Both the position numbers and the translations under genes were made by a program. From positions 27,778,001 to 27,842,000 of the forward strand of contig CM052817.1 of assembly GCA_028534125.1 (NCBI GenBank): a stretch of DNA of 64,000 nucleotides, in the 5' to 3' direction. The notes beneath the pieces were generated by a model that saw only the letters and a program-made list of their open reading frames with translations, was not told the DNA's origin and did no database searches. How positions within the stretch are numbered: position 1 is the first letter of the stretch; each line of letters begins with the position of its first letter. Below, piece by piece: positions 37,202 through 50,287 of this stretch. The DNA is from Lama glama (lineage: Eukaryota).

Positions 37202-40200
37202 CGTCCCATGCATTTTCTCAAATACAATGTGAACACATACTTGGAGCAAGAAACTTCTTAGACCCTCCTTTACCTGAGGTTCAGAGCTGCCGAGAACTTG
37301 AAAGCCTTTGTCATCACTGTCATCATAGTTGTTATCACTGTCCTGTGCCAAGCCCTGTATCTAGTGCTCTACTTCCATAACTTCATGTATTTCCTAAAGG
37401 GTAGATAACAATGTACCCATTTTACAGGATAGTAAGGTGAAAGAACCCATCTGATTAATGATGGGAGCTGAGTTTTAACTACTAGGGGGCCCAGGACCTT
37501 GGCTTCGGGGGCTCTGAAGGATTGAGAGGTGTTAGTCATGTTCCTTATAGTAAAGGAGTCATAGGGGGATGGCCTAGAAATCTATCCACCAAAAGTAAGA
37601 TCAAGTTTTTGGGAAAGTATGTTCTTCATATAACTAATGAGTCTTTAAAACATGTTCATTAGTTAATTGTGGTTGTTTATAGGTTGCCTGAGTCACTAAG
37701 TTGAAATGTTGCATTACTTATAACAGTTATTTAGAATTTTTAAAACTATGCAGAGGTATGCTATATTTTCTTTGCTAAATAATGTCAGAAGATTTAAAAT
37801 ATATTTTTTTCCTCCTGATTGGATGAAGCAAAGTGATAATGGATACAGGAAATGGGACTCTTTGACTACAGATTAGTAGAATGGGAACTAAATTGAAGGG
37901 GCAAGTTTTTGGTTTTAGTACAGGCACTGACTTTTACAAATTGGAACTAGGAGTAACAGGAGAGACAGTTCCCACAAAATCAAATAACCACCCTTTTTGG
38001 AATGGATGAAGATGGCCCCTTCACTCCCTTTTCTCCCCATAAACATTTTATCCAGATTAAGGAGTATAATCATGATAAATTAATGTATAGAATAAGTTCT
38101 TTAAAAAAAGCTTAGGAAGCCTTATAGCTAGAATTACTTGAGAAAATTTAATCATAAAGTTGGTATATACATTGATTAGTTATAAAAGTTACCTGAGAGT
38201 CAGGAAATGATATTCCAATTTTCTTGGTCAACACATTTTCAGAGATAACTGTATTAATCAGATTTTAATGGCAAGCAAGCCTCAGAAGCTTAAGTCAAAT
38301 GGACTTAAAAAGTTCAGGGGAAAGGGGTGGCAGGGGGAGGAGGGGGATTAATTTAGGTACCTAATTAAAAAGTCTACTGTAATCTCTGTGACTCAGTAAA
38401 GACAGATGTATGAACCTCCAACATAACCAGTCTCACCTGTTGCTAATAAAAATGTGGTGTGAATGTAAATCTAAATTTCATAATTCTTTGAACATTATCT
38501 TTGGATTGCGAGAGTTTGAAACCACCAATGTCAGTGGAGGAATGGAAGCTTAAAGATAGTAACAGTCCATTTCATGTAATTTTTTTTATTACCATAAATG
38601 TGTTGGTTGCTTTTGAATGTCTAAAGAGGCATTTTTAAATTTGAAAACTTTTACGTTTGCTTATAAAGGTTATTTTATCTTTAAATGTAAGGAAGAATGG
38701 AAAATGGGTACAAAGGTAACTGAATAACTCTAGGACTTCCAAATAAAGTATCCAGCATATCCCCGTATAGTACTTGACCTTCATCATGTGACTGAAAACT
38801 TGAAAACAGCCAGCTTTGATGGGATGACATTTGCGTTGCATGATTCTTTGAAGGCATTTTGCTGGTGTGTTGGACTCCTGTAGGTAAGAGAATGTCTCCT
38901 CTCTCTCTGTCTTACCTTTAATGACCCATTAATGTGGTCTGAGTTTTATACGCATGTTCCTACATGCTGGGACCTAACTCCTCTGCTGTGGTTTAAAAGA
39001 TGGGGAGGCATGAGTTAATAGGTAGATCTTGCTGTTTGATAGGGGAGAAATGCCTTTCTCAAGTAAAGATATTTTTCTTTTTTCAGAATCATGGAACTTG
39101 AGAGAGCCAAATTCTGCAGACTCCATTTTTCAAATATTTTGCTCAGGGCTGATTAAAACTTTACGAATTAGTGGGAGATGGTGGGATGGCACGGACGTAG
39201 CACAGGAGTGGAAGCCAGGAAACACAACCATCTCAGTCCTAACCTCCATGCTTCCATCATTTTGGAGGCTTTTCTAGAGGGATGGTGATGCCATTCACCG
39301 GGGCAGAAAGCACAGGAAGAGGAACAAGAGGGACTCACGCGATCCCACAGCCACAACAGAGCTGCCCAAATTTCCATGTGGTCTGAGCTGTGTGCCCTGG
39401 ATCATCACGGCACTGAGGTAGTTGAGCAGTCCCATGTTTATTATGCTCAGCCAAGTGGTCACCAGAGGAGAGCTGCCTGGATCCCAAAGTATTACCACTC
39501 CTTCAGTTACATACCCACCAATACCCCGGGGCAAATGCCCATTCCTGGGGGCTGTGGTGGATTTCAGGATCAGCTTATTCAGAGGCCTCTGGTCACTTAG
39601 GCTTTGATGGGGACTCTGAATTCTGAGTGAGGCTTTCTGACTAGAAACTGCATGGTGTCTTCCAATAGTCTGGTCTCAGTAGGGCTGAGAACAATCTACT
39701 GCTTTGCATCTTCCCAGTAATGAGGACAGGGATTTAGAGTCAAAATTCCTTGTCTCCCAGGATGCTCAGCCATGCTTAGGAAACTCATATAAGCACAAAC
39801 CCATATGTTAAAAAAAATGCCACTCATCTTTATTCACCATGAAGCACCCAAGTCCCCAGTGAAAATGGTAAAGTTGTGGGAGGTAATTCCCAAATCCAAC
39901 ACTGGAGACACCACTGGCCCCAAGTCCAGCACAAATATCCTCTTGCATTTGTTTTCAACCTCAGAAATTACTTGAATTTGACAAGTGCGGTGCCAATGGG
40001 GAGGGATAGTAGACACTTCCAGGAGATGTGGGACATTTCACTGCTATGTGATCACCCCATTTTCTCATCTAGCTGTCTACGGGATGCTGTGGCCTTAGCA
40101 AATCCTACAGCATTTTGTAGAGTCAACAGTGACCGTAACACTGTAAAAGTTCAAGCTGGATTGAGAGTAACGTCAAGGTCTCAGTAGGACACGGGGTGTG

Positions 40201-41700
40201 TGGTGACTCAGGATAGTCATACAATGAGAGGCATATGCAAAGACCAAGAAGGCAACTGCTCATTGAAAAGATGACACAAATCTCTCTTATTTCTTCTCTT
40301 CAATCCACGGTAAGACTGAAGTAAGACGGTGACCACAGTTGTACCTGGGGGATGTGTGTGTGTTGCTCTTTATTCTCGTTACGTGATCCTGTGACATTTC
40401 TATTGTATTGTCAGTAGACAAAGTAGCCATGTGGGAAGAGTTTATAGTTGGAATCATGTCCACAGACAGAAGCCAGGAGTTTGAGCACAGACCACCACTT
40501 ACTAGCTGTGTGACCCTGGGCAAGTCATTTATCCCTGCAAAATGAGGATGATGGTATCAGACATCCCACGTGGGGGTGGAGAGTAGCACATGAGACTGTG
40601 TATGAGAAAGTGCCATGTGAAACAGAAAGCTCCGAGCAAATACTGCTTGCTGCTCCTGGTCACCTTGCAATGGAAGGTGATTCTATGCACTCAACTCCCA
40701 TGGGTTTTCTCGGTCCCTCCTTTGGGATCACTAACTCCTAGTAGCCACTGACAGGTGTGCCCACCGTAGAGGCAATCTCACCACTGCCTACCAGAGAAAT
40801 AGTAAGGGAGAAGCCAGGCTTTTAAGGACACATTTGTAGTAACATTTTTGGGCTTTGTGTCAAGTTGAAGACCGATGCTTGACCAAACTGCTTTTTCTCA
40901 CTCTTTTCCAGCACCTAAAAAGGATCATATAGTCCTAATTAGGCCTAGAGAGGCCCACAAAAGAAACGTGTTTCCAAGAGCTTTAGATTTATGAACTGAA
41001 GACTGTAGGCTACTGTGTATTTTAATATATTCAGAGAGACAATTAAGATAACTTTAGTTATAGTTTTGGAAAACAGTCTGGGAGTGTTTGATGGAACATA
41101 TAGCATTTCTCTGTCAAAAACCAAACTGAAATGACATATTTGGAATCAACTCACTCTGTTAAAGGCAACCAACCATCTGAAAGCACTCAATGAATTGGAA
41201 TAAAGTTGTACAAAGTTTTGTGATCCTCTGGAGAGGAACAAAAATTTGGAAGAAAGTTTTGCTGCCAAACTGCAGGAACAGACAATTCACAAAGAAGGGA
41301 GTTAAATGGCCTACAGCGTGTGAAAAAAAAAAAAAAGTTCAACCTCACTGAACAAAGAAATGTCAGTTAAAACAACCAAAAAAGTCATTGATGGAGATAA
41401 ACATAAATTCCAGTATTCACTGTCAGCCAGGTTCTGTGAAAAAACGGGCACTCTTATACCCTGTGGTTGGGAATGTAAATTAGTACAATCTTTTTCGGAT
41501 TGCAGTTTGGCGAGATCTAAAGTGAAACTTTTAACTTTGCAACTCTGCTGCAAGAAATTTGTTTTAAGAAATTTATCATAGATTTCTTAAAAATTAGGAA
41601 TAAAGGTGTTGACTATGGCCTTATTCATAATGAGGAAAATTGGAAAAACCTAAATATTCAAAAATAGGAAAGTGGTTAAGTACGTTGGGGTATAACCATC

Positions 41701-42278
41701 TGTTATGAACTACATGTTTGCGTCCCCCCTCCATTCACGTGCTGAAGCCCTAGCCCCCAGTAGGATGGTATTGGGTGGGGGGGGGGTTGGGAGGTAATTA
41801 GGTCATGAGATCGAGCCCCTGTGGTATTAGTGCCCTTACAAGAAGAGGAAGAGGGTTAGCTGCTGCTCTCGCCACCATATTGAGGTTACAAGAAGAAGAC
41901 AGCAATCTGAAAACGGCGAAGAAGGCTTAGACCAAACGCATCCATACTGGTACAGGTACCCCCTGCTTTTCAGAAGTTCACTTTATACCACTTCACTTTT
42001 ATGAAGGACCTACATTAGTACCTACTTTTGCTGACTGAAAGAGCTCCTAAGAGAATTTTCACTTTTCTGAAAAATATGAATAAAGGTGATTGCTTTTTCG
42101 ACATGTGCCATTTTGGCTGATGAGCGTTTTCCTAGGGACACAACTTCCCGACAGTGTGTGAACCTATATCCTTGACCTTGGACTCCCAGCTTCCAGATCC
42201 ATGAGCAATACCTGCTTGTTGTTTCAGCCATCCAATCTGTGGCCTTCTATTCTATAGCAGCCCAAATGATCTAAAACA
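41701..42278 (+). mobile_element. MLT1A-like MaLR LTR with perfect 5-bp TSD
   Basis: TG...CA ends and TSD CCATC at 41696-41700 and 42279-42283. Confidence 0.88.
41953..42166 (+). mobile_element. Short Tigger9-like MITE nested in the MLT1
   Basis: TA flanks (41951-41952, 42167-42168). Both ends are homologous to the 21289-21705 copy; the central part is absent. Confidence 0.75.
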
Positions 42279-43494
42279 CCATCCATATATAAATTATTTT
42301 TGAAATAAGTTTCATTTATTATAGAGCAAACTCAAAAGGGGTTTTTGTTGTTTTTTTCTTTTTTAGCAAATTCTACCACATTACTAACAAAAATCCCCTG
42401 TACATTCACCATGATTCACTTGAGAGGGAAACAGGAAGTAAATGCAGACATGGATGCAACATGAAAAAGCCCCTAGAAAACAAAAACCCAGCCTGGGGCT
42501 GTGGGACTATGTGTGTGAACACAGTGTTGACAAAACTATTTCAGTCCTTAAATTTTATTATTTTGAAATGTACTTTATGATGTGGGCAATATTGTTCTAT
42601 AAAGTTCATTATAATAAAGGCGGATGCAAAGCTGCACGGTGTGCAATGCCTATCTGGGAAATCTATGTATAAAAAATGTGAAAGGCAGTCTAAGAAAATG
42701 TTAACAGGAATCACCCCCGTTAGGTAAGGCTATCCAAGGCTTCTATTTTCTTCTTTATGTATTCTTGTAGTTTCCAAATTATATGTAATTAACATATATA
42801 TTATCATTTAAACAATAAAGATATAAATATTAAAAAGAGTAAATGTTTGGTGTCCTCTCAGAACTTCCAGCTGAGACACCCTGAACTGAGAGGGGAGCCT
42901 CCACCTGCCCAGCAGGGAGGGTCAGCCTGACCTCTGCTCGTTTTTTGTTTTGTTTTTTGAGGAGGGTTCCCGCTGGAGCAGGTGTGTCATCAAAGCAAAC
43001 ACGTGGGACTTTTAGTTCTATCGACTGTCAAAATCCCATCAAGTAAGTAGGACAAGAGTTAAAGAGGAAGAGGAGGGGAAAGATCCCCTTGTAATTCTGT
43101 TCTTTTTCAGGTTTTTTTCCCTCCCCTTCAGTGTAAAGTCTGTCAAGTTTTCTCTTTACATTCTGCTCAACAGATCATCTGAAAACGGAGATAAAGAAAA
43201 TGAGACGTTTAAGATTTTTCTGACAAAGTTAATTAAAATGGCCCAGGAAAGGCATGTCTGAGATTTCTTTTTTTTTTTTTTTTAGGTTTAAGAAGAGGTC
43301 GTGTATTTCCCGGGTTTAGCTACACATTTGTGAGTCTAGTTGTTTCTAGTTTTGCTTCATTAAAAAATAAAAAAGCCTTTCTTCTTTAGACCAAGAAGAA
43401 AAGGACTCAACTCTTGTTCAGTACATCTGAAAAACAGGCTCAAATTCACAGTGCAGAATCAAGAAGAAAAAAGCTAGTTGGCTTCCATGCCAAA

Positions 43495-43915
43495 TTGTTT
43501 CCCATTTGTCTCTCCAGATACAGTTTGCATCCCTCGCCCCCTCCCTAGCTGAGAGGACTGCCTTTAAGGACTGCATCTATGGTCCATGCCCTCTGAATTC
43601 CCCTGGGTTTGGCCAGTGGGAGTCAGAGGCAAGAAAAGGGCCAAACCTTGAAGCACTTACTCCCCTGGCAGAGCTCGGCAGCGGCTGCATCTTGCAGGCA
43701 GCCATTTCCGACAGCTACAGCTCTCCCTGGGTCCTAGTGGCATCACTTCTTCAAGATGTAGGTGGTATCAACCTCCTGTTGGTGCCAGCCTCCGAGTGCA
43801 TTATCGTCCCTTGTTGGTTTCCCTTAAACCTGCCCGAGCCTTGTAAACAGTGCCTTCAAACTCTCTTTAATCTCCCCTTTTGAATTTGCAATTTCTTTCC
43901 TGCCAGGACCCTGAG
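43495..43915 (+). mobile_element. LTR33-like ERVL LTR
   Basis: 'gggtttggccagtggg...ccttgtaaacagtgccttcaaactctc...tttcctgccaggaccctga'. Confidence 0.65.
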
Positions 43916-44824
43916 CTTTGAACCGTCTTAGGGGACAGTGCAGCTACATTCTGTGTCATGACTATCCATGAGAATATTCTGATGGCACATTGGACAGAGC
44001 CCACTTTTCATAGTTATTATGAAGAAGAGTTTGCAAACACCTCGCATTGTGACAGTGGTCAGCCTTAAGCCCTCGGGATCTGTAATAATGGACCTTAGCA
44101 ACCGGGTTTCACAGAATTCTAGTGTGTCAAAACGGAAGTGTGCTGAAGTAATGTTTTAGTAATAATGAAGAACTGATTTTGCACATTAAAAATAAATTAA
44201 TGAGAGTAGACATGTTATTTTCATCACTATGCCATTTTTATTCACAGACGTTCCAGTATGCTTTCTTCAGACACAGGGAAAGGAGACAGAGTTCCAACAA
44301 ATGTCCCTGAAGTTGACTGTAATCTGCATGTGTCCTTAGCTACATGGCAGTCCACAGCAATGACCTTGGGACTATGTCCTACATGTGATATCACCCATCT
44401 TACATGTAGTGGTAGAAAAAAGTGGGGGGCACTATTGTTGGGTAACATAGCAATTTATGAGAATTCCTTTGACTTGGTAACTCTGCCCTTTGTCATCTGA
44501 TTTTTCTCATCAATGTGTAGTATAAAACTACTAATATTTGACTAATATTTTAATGTTTCACTAATAAGTGTCTTAGGAAAGATCTATTATCTTATATAAT
44601 CCTCATAACAATTCACATTTTTACCAACTAAGCATTCACCCGTGGGCTGAAGGAGAGACAGATTTGGAGCACGTTGCACACTTTCATCACAGAGCTTTGT
44701 CTTGGGTCCGTGGTGTGGATGAGAAGGGGGTACTACTCACAGCACTGCTTCCTGCTGGGGTTATCTAACTGACTGTTAGATCTCAGTGAACATAAAAGAA
44801 AAAGTTCAAATCTTTTCCTCTGGT

Positions 44825-45150
44825 CAGTTTAGTTCAGTTAAATTGCTAGATCTTGAGGATACGGAGATGAAGGAAACACACTTCTGCCCTCCAGGAACCT
44901 GAAGCCTAGTTGGTAGACACAGATACAAATAAATAATGAGAGAACTGTAATAAAATGTGATAAAAATGATAATAGGAACATGCTTAAAATTTATTGAGGA
45001 AACAGAGGAGGGAGCCATAACATCTCTGAGAGGTGAAGGGGTGTCATGAAAAATTATGGACCAAAGGTGATTGTTAAGCTTGACCTTGAAGGGTGTTTAG
45101 GAGTTCAACAGTGAAACTAAGGGAGAAAGAGGTGTTACAGGCGAAGGGCC
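44825..45150 (-). mobile_element. L2 fragment
   Basis: 'ctgccctccaggaacctgaagcctagttgg...gaggaaacagaggagggag...gaccttgaaggg'. Confidence 0.6.
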
Positions 45151-45984
45151 CAGCGGGGGTCTTTCTTCTCATTCCTGCCAAAGGCTTAGAGTCTCCAATT
45201 GCTTTTTCAACATTGCATTTCCTGTGACCCGTCTAGATTTCTCACTTAGTCCTCTTTGGGTCTAAGGGATTAAAGTACCTTTGGAAGAGAGGCACTGGCC
45301 GGGAGTGAAATCCCAGCATTGATCTTGGTCTCAGTGGGACCATGTGCCAACTGAGAAAACAGCTAGAGACCCCGGAGTCTGAAATCTGACAGAAATATAC
45401 AGCCTGAGATGTGTACCACGATTCATGGACCTGGTTCTAACCTGCTGTTACAGATAGCCTTGGAGACAACGATCTGTCAGAGATTCCTGGGGCCACATGG
45501 AGTTTGGATTATGAAAGTATTAGGAAAATATTAAGAAAGGAGAATTTATAGAAGGGATTTATCAACTCAATACTATTACTCATAAGTATACTGTACTATA
45601 TCAGACCAAGAAGAGGAAGGAGGATTTAGAAGATTGTCTAAGACGTCGCGAAGATTGATAGAGTTTGCTTGACTGAGAAAAGCAGACCAGTTAAGTCCTG
45701 CAACTTCTTATCTTTGCCCCCAGACAGATGTGAATTCTTTCCTGCTAAGACCTGAAGACCTTATTCACCACTGTCTTTTGTTGTCTTGTCTTAAACCCTG
45801 AACCTACTGTTGTTTCTTGTTGTCCCAACATGGTTGATAGAGAGACCCTCAAGTCCTGACAAAGAGACTAGGGAAAGGGAACACAAAATGTGGGTGGGAA
45901 AGAGTATGTTACTCCTTGTTTGGAACTCAAGACCAAGTGCCTGGATCAGCTTAGCTTCAAAAAGTAATGATATCGAACAACAAC

Positions 45985-46775
45985 AAAAAAGGTACAATAC
46001 TTAGGATTAAACTTAAAAAATAAAAGTGCAGATTTTATATGGGAAAAAACCTTTAAAACACTCCAGAAAGACCTAAAAGTACATAAAAGACAGACTTGGA
46101 CAGATGGAAAGAAACCTCTGTTCTTGGATAGGATGGCTCAGTATCAAAAGGATCACAGATTTCAGTTCTTCTTAAGTTAATGTGATTCCCAATACTAGTA
46201 AGCTTTTTTCTTGGAACTGGGCAAATTGATACTAAAGTTTATACAGAAAAAAAAAAAACAAAGACATGCAAGAATAGTTGAGAAAACACTGGGGGAAAAG
46301 AGTTATCTACCAGGTATTATAATGTACAATAAAGCCTCTGTAGAACAGTGTGATATTGGCACTCGGATAGACCATCATACTAATGGAGCAGCACAGAAAG
46401 TCAAGAAACAGACTCAAACACATGTGGAAATTTAGTGCATGATAAAGATGGCATCTTGGGCTTTTTGATAAATGGGGGGACCACGGGATAGCCACATACA
46501 AGAATAAATTCCAGTTGGATCAAGAATGAAACCCACCAGTATTAAAGGAAAAGATGGGTGACTTTCTGTATAACGTAAGTGTGAGGAGATGCTTTCTAAA
46601 TACAACTCAAAATCCAGGGGTAGCAAAAGAAAAGACTGATAATTTGAATTACCTAAAAATAAAATATATTTGTATGGGCAATAAAAAAAATCATGACAAA
46701 GTCCTAAGACAATGGGGAGAAAACATTTGCAACATATATCACAGTTAAGGGGCCAGTCCTCCTAATACATAAAAA
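45985..46775 (+). mobile_element. Old L1M ORF2 3' fragments
   Basis: 'aatacttaggattaaactta...tgttcttggataggatggctcagtat...gggagaaaacatttgcaacatatatcaca'. Confidence 0.7.
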
Positions 46776-47639
46776 GTAACTGGATGTGGGAGGTGAGAAT
46801 GCATCTTAGGCTCTCCCCTGGCTTATCATTCAGTCTTCACCCTGGATTTTCATAGAGGCCACAGTAATTAGCTTGCTGTTAAGTTGGTCTGATGTAACAT
46901 TTCATGCCCACTTTGTTGTTATTTTTTGCTAACTTGGACTTTCACTCCCTGGGACCTGACTGATTTATAAGTGTTTTCCCAGATCACATTCTGTGCTGGG
47001 CTCTGCACCTGGTGTTTTCCCTGGGCCGGCAGCAATGACTGGTTTGCTGGGCTCTCATTTTGCTGAGGGTTCCTAGTGAGATTGGCCCCTGTGTGGGCGG
47101 TAAGAGGCTCAGGGAAGGCAGTTGGATGAGGGGCTCCTTTAGCAGAGGTTCATATGCTCCAAAATATGCTTAGTTTACAGTCTTGGGAATTTCCAGGTGT
47201 TATTAGATGCAGAGAGTCCTTTATGGAGTCCAAACAGGAATGGATAAATTTTCAAAAGACAAGGGTAAAATAAATAAGTTTTAGGTTTTAGAGACCTAAA
47301 CCAAGCCTTCATTTTCATCTTTGTTACTTGAGGAGTCATAGTTAAATGCACACAGACTAAATTTCGTTGTCATCTAATTTATTAAAGTGTCATGGATGGA
47401 CAACAGAAAGATAATGATGTTCTGGAATGAGAGAATGTTCTGGAAAATTAAAGAAATGATGGCTAAACTGCCCCACGCCCACCCCTCGTGATACCAGGGA
47501 GTGGCCTTAACTGGGATTCATGTTCACATCAGGACAGACATTTCCTCGAAGTGTACCCTTGTAGACCACTGGTCTGGACTCTGAGTGGAGCGACCCACAG
47601 TTGACCTGCTAATACCACTACAACAGCACTTTGCTGTAG

Positions 47640-47965
47640 TAGAGAGCATTCTGCTTTGGGAAAGCATCTATTTTAAATCACTGATCTCATTTGCTCTTCA
47701 CACAGCCCTGAGAAACAGGCAGGGGCAGATATTACTGTCTGCATTTGCAGGTGAGCTAACTGGGGCTAAGAGAGGCTAAGAGGTTTGGAGAGAGCCCAGT
47801 GGAGAGCTCTGGATTAGGAATCAGGGCATCTGGGACAGAATCCGACCTGGCCATTCACTGTCTGTGGTGTCTTGAGCGAGTCGGTTATATAAAGGTCTCT
47901 GAGCCTCCACTCCAGCTTCAATTAAATGAGAGGTTTGCACAAGATGGCCCTTGAGGGCCCTCCCA
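47640..47965. mobile_element. Two MIR fragments in opposite orientation
   Basis: 'tctcatttgctcttcacacagccctgag...gcaggtgagctaactggggctaagagagg' and 'ctctgagcctccac...aaatgagagg'. Confidence 0.6.
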
Positions 47966-48239
47966 GGGTGACTGCTCCAGGGTTTTATCACTTGCTGGAC
48001 TTCAACAGGAATCAGTCAGTGGGTGAGAAACGGTGTACAAGGCCTCTGAGCTGCAAAATTCTCTCCCTCCCTCTACCCCATGCAGTGCAGAAAGAAAGAC
48101 TCACTTGGGATGGGGATAGAGTTTTCCCATTTGCAGGCTACAGATGGGTTTCCTGCCTAATTACAGGAAATATTAGAAGTTTATTTTATTTTCTTAAAAT
48201 TTTTTTCAATTTCTCCTATGTCTTTTTTCCTTTAATATT

Positions 48240-48790
48240 TTCCAGCTTTACTAAAGTTAACTTTGCATACCATAAAATTCACCCATTTTTAAGTGTACAA
48301 TCCACTGCTTTTCAGTAAATGTCTAAGTTCTACAGCCATCACAATCCAGGTCTAGAACTCCTCCTTCACCTTATAAAGTTCCTTTGTGTACATTGACATC
48401 AGTCTCCACTCCCCTCTCCAGCCCTAAGCAACCACAGATATGCTTTTAGTCTCTATAAATTTGCCTTTTCTGGACATTTTGTATAAATAGAATCATATGG
48501 AATGTCATCTTTTCCATCTGGCTTGTTTAATTTACCATAATGTTTTCAAGGGTCATCTATGTTGTAGAATGTACTTCATCCTTTTTCGTGGCCAAATAAT
48601 ATTCCATTGTATGGGTTTACCACATTTTGTTTATCTGTTCATCAGTTGATGGATATTTGGTTTGTTTCCACATTTTAGCTATTATGGGTAATGCTTCTCT
48701 GAGCAGTCATGTAGATATACATTCTGTGTATGTCTTTATTTCTCTTCAGTAAATTCCTAGGAGTAGAAATGCAGGGTGGTTTTATTAAAT
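48240..48790 (-). mobile_element. L1MB-type 3' fragment
   Basis: 'cataccataaaattcacccatttttaagtgtacaa...aataatattccattgtatgg...cagttgatggatatttgg'. Confidence 0.85.
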
Positions 48791-48963
48791 TTTTACGTAG
48801 TATTTGAATCTCTACTTTTAACCTTTGTACTTGAATAAAAGATTCACAGAAAATGTGTGGGAGAATAAATATGTAACCTATTTTAGTAAGCTTTCTTAAT
48901 GCCTGGTAGCTTTTATAAAAGTGCAATCTGCCTTGGCATAAAGTAACCATACAGAGTCGTAGC

Positions 48964-49290
48964 TGATATGGACTGAACTGTGTCCTTCAAAAATTCACAT
49001 GTTGAAGTCTTAACACTATGAGGTCATAAGGGTGGGGCCCTAATCCAATATGATTGGTGTCCTTATAAGATGATGAAAGACACCAGGGGTGCCTGAGCAT
49101 GGAGAAGAAGCCAAGTGAGGACACAGCAAGGAGGTGGCCAGCTACACGACAAAGAGAGAGGTCTCAGGAGAAATCAGTACAATGACTGCAGACACCACTT
49201 TCCTGCCCACACCTTGGCCTTGGCCTTCCAGCCTCCAACACTGTGAGAAACAGTCTGTACCATTTTGTTATGGAGGCAACAAATGAACAC
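48964..49290 (+). mobile_element. MLT1B-like MaLR LTR
   Basis: 'tgatatggactgaactgtgtcc...atgaggtcataagggtggggccctaatccaatatgattggtgtccttataaga'. Confidence 0.85.
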
Positions 49291-50254
49291 ACGAGCCTGT
49301 ATTTTAAGGAATTTGCTTCTCAATGCCCTGGAAGGGTGTTTCTTTCATTTTAATTCCCTTCACACGTTGTGTTCTCTGTTGTCCTTCATGCCTCTCTGTC
49401 AGAGCTGGCCTCTGTCCTGTTCGCCCATGTGGTGGGCTCCTCCTTGCAATGCTCTAGTTCATGGTCCCATCTCCTGTCACTTCCCACGGCAGCCCTAAGC
49501 CCCCTCCTCCACGAACACTTCCTCCCATCAGGAAGCGATTCTCAGAAGTCCCCCATCTATTTCTCCCTGCATTTCTGTGGCACAGGCCCTGTCTGCACTG
49601 AATGCTGGCTATTGGGTACATTGTATCCCTCATGCTGGACTAGGGGCTCCCCATGGACAGGGAAAGTGGTGTTTGTGTTTATTGTCCCTCTAACCTAGCC
49701 TCTGGTTCAATGTCTGCTGCAAAGTCAGAATTGTTTTAATTAATTACAACTGACAACTCCAGCTACCAAAGCATTTGTTTCAGAGCTTTATGACGGCTCA
49801 TAAAATACTGGTTAGTGATGTATGAGTAGAAAAAGAATGGCTGTGTGGGGAGAGCAAAGTGCACACACTGGAAGTCACTGCTGGTGACCTTGGGCCAACT
49901 CAGTTCCCACCCTCAAACCTCGGCTTCCCTGGCCTGAGTGAAAGCGTTGATCTACCAAAGGTCTGTTCTATGGTGAACATTTTACCCTCTTACAGCTCTT
50001 GGTCAGCCCTGTAGGTTTCCTGCCTTTGAAGTGCCTCCCCAGTTATGTGAATGAAGAAATTCAAGGTCTGAATGACACTGCAACTCAATTAAAATGAGTT
50101 TTAAGTGAACTTTGAGTTTCTGTTTTCCATGTAGAGCTTTTCCAAATATATAGAATCTAGAAGTACTAGTCATTGCCTTCTGGGGGCCCAAATCCTTGAG
50201 ATGTATGAACGTACATCACCTTCCTTTTGACAATGAACAATTTTAAAGAAATGC

Positions 50255-50287
50255 GCACACACACACACACACACACAAAACACACAC
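50255..50287. repeat. (CA)n microsatellite
   Basis: Read directly. Confidence 0.9.

Larger units (their letters stand above)
41270..42835 (+). mobile_element. Old L1M(E) fragments interrupted by an MLT1 LTR
   Basis: 'aacagacaattcacaaagaag...ggttgggaatgtaaattagtacaatc...aaacctaaatattcaaaaatagg' before the LTR; L1-like 3' sequence after it. Confidence 0.6.

Noticed and set aside
39490..39560. 'APGYWWVCN' peptide on minus resembling a retroviral env motif
   Set aside because: A stop follows immediately, and there are no other env hallmarks or flanking proviral sequence.
43262..43335. Poly-T acceptor and GTGAGT donor defining a ~45-nt plus-strand exon
   Set aside because: The poly-T is simple sequence, the donor context is weak and I found no partner exons.
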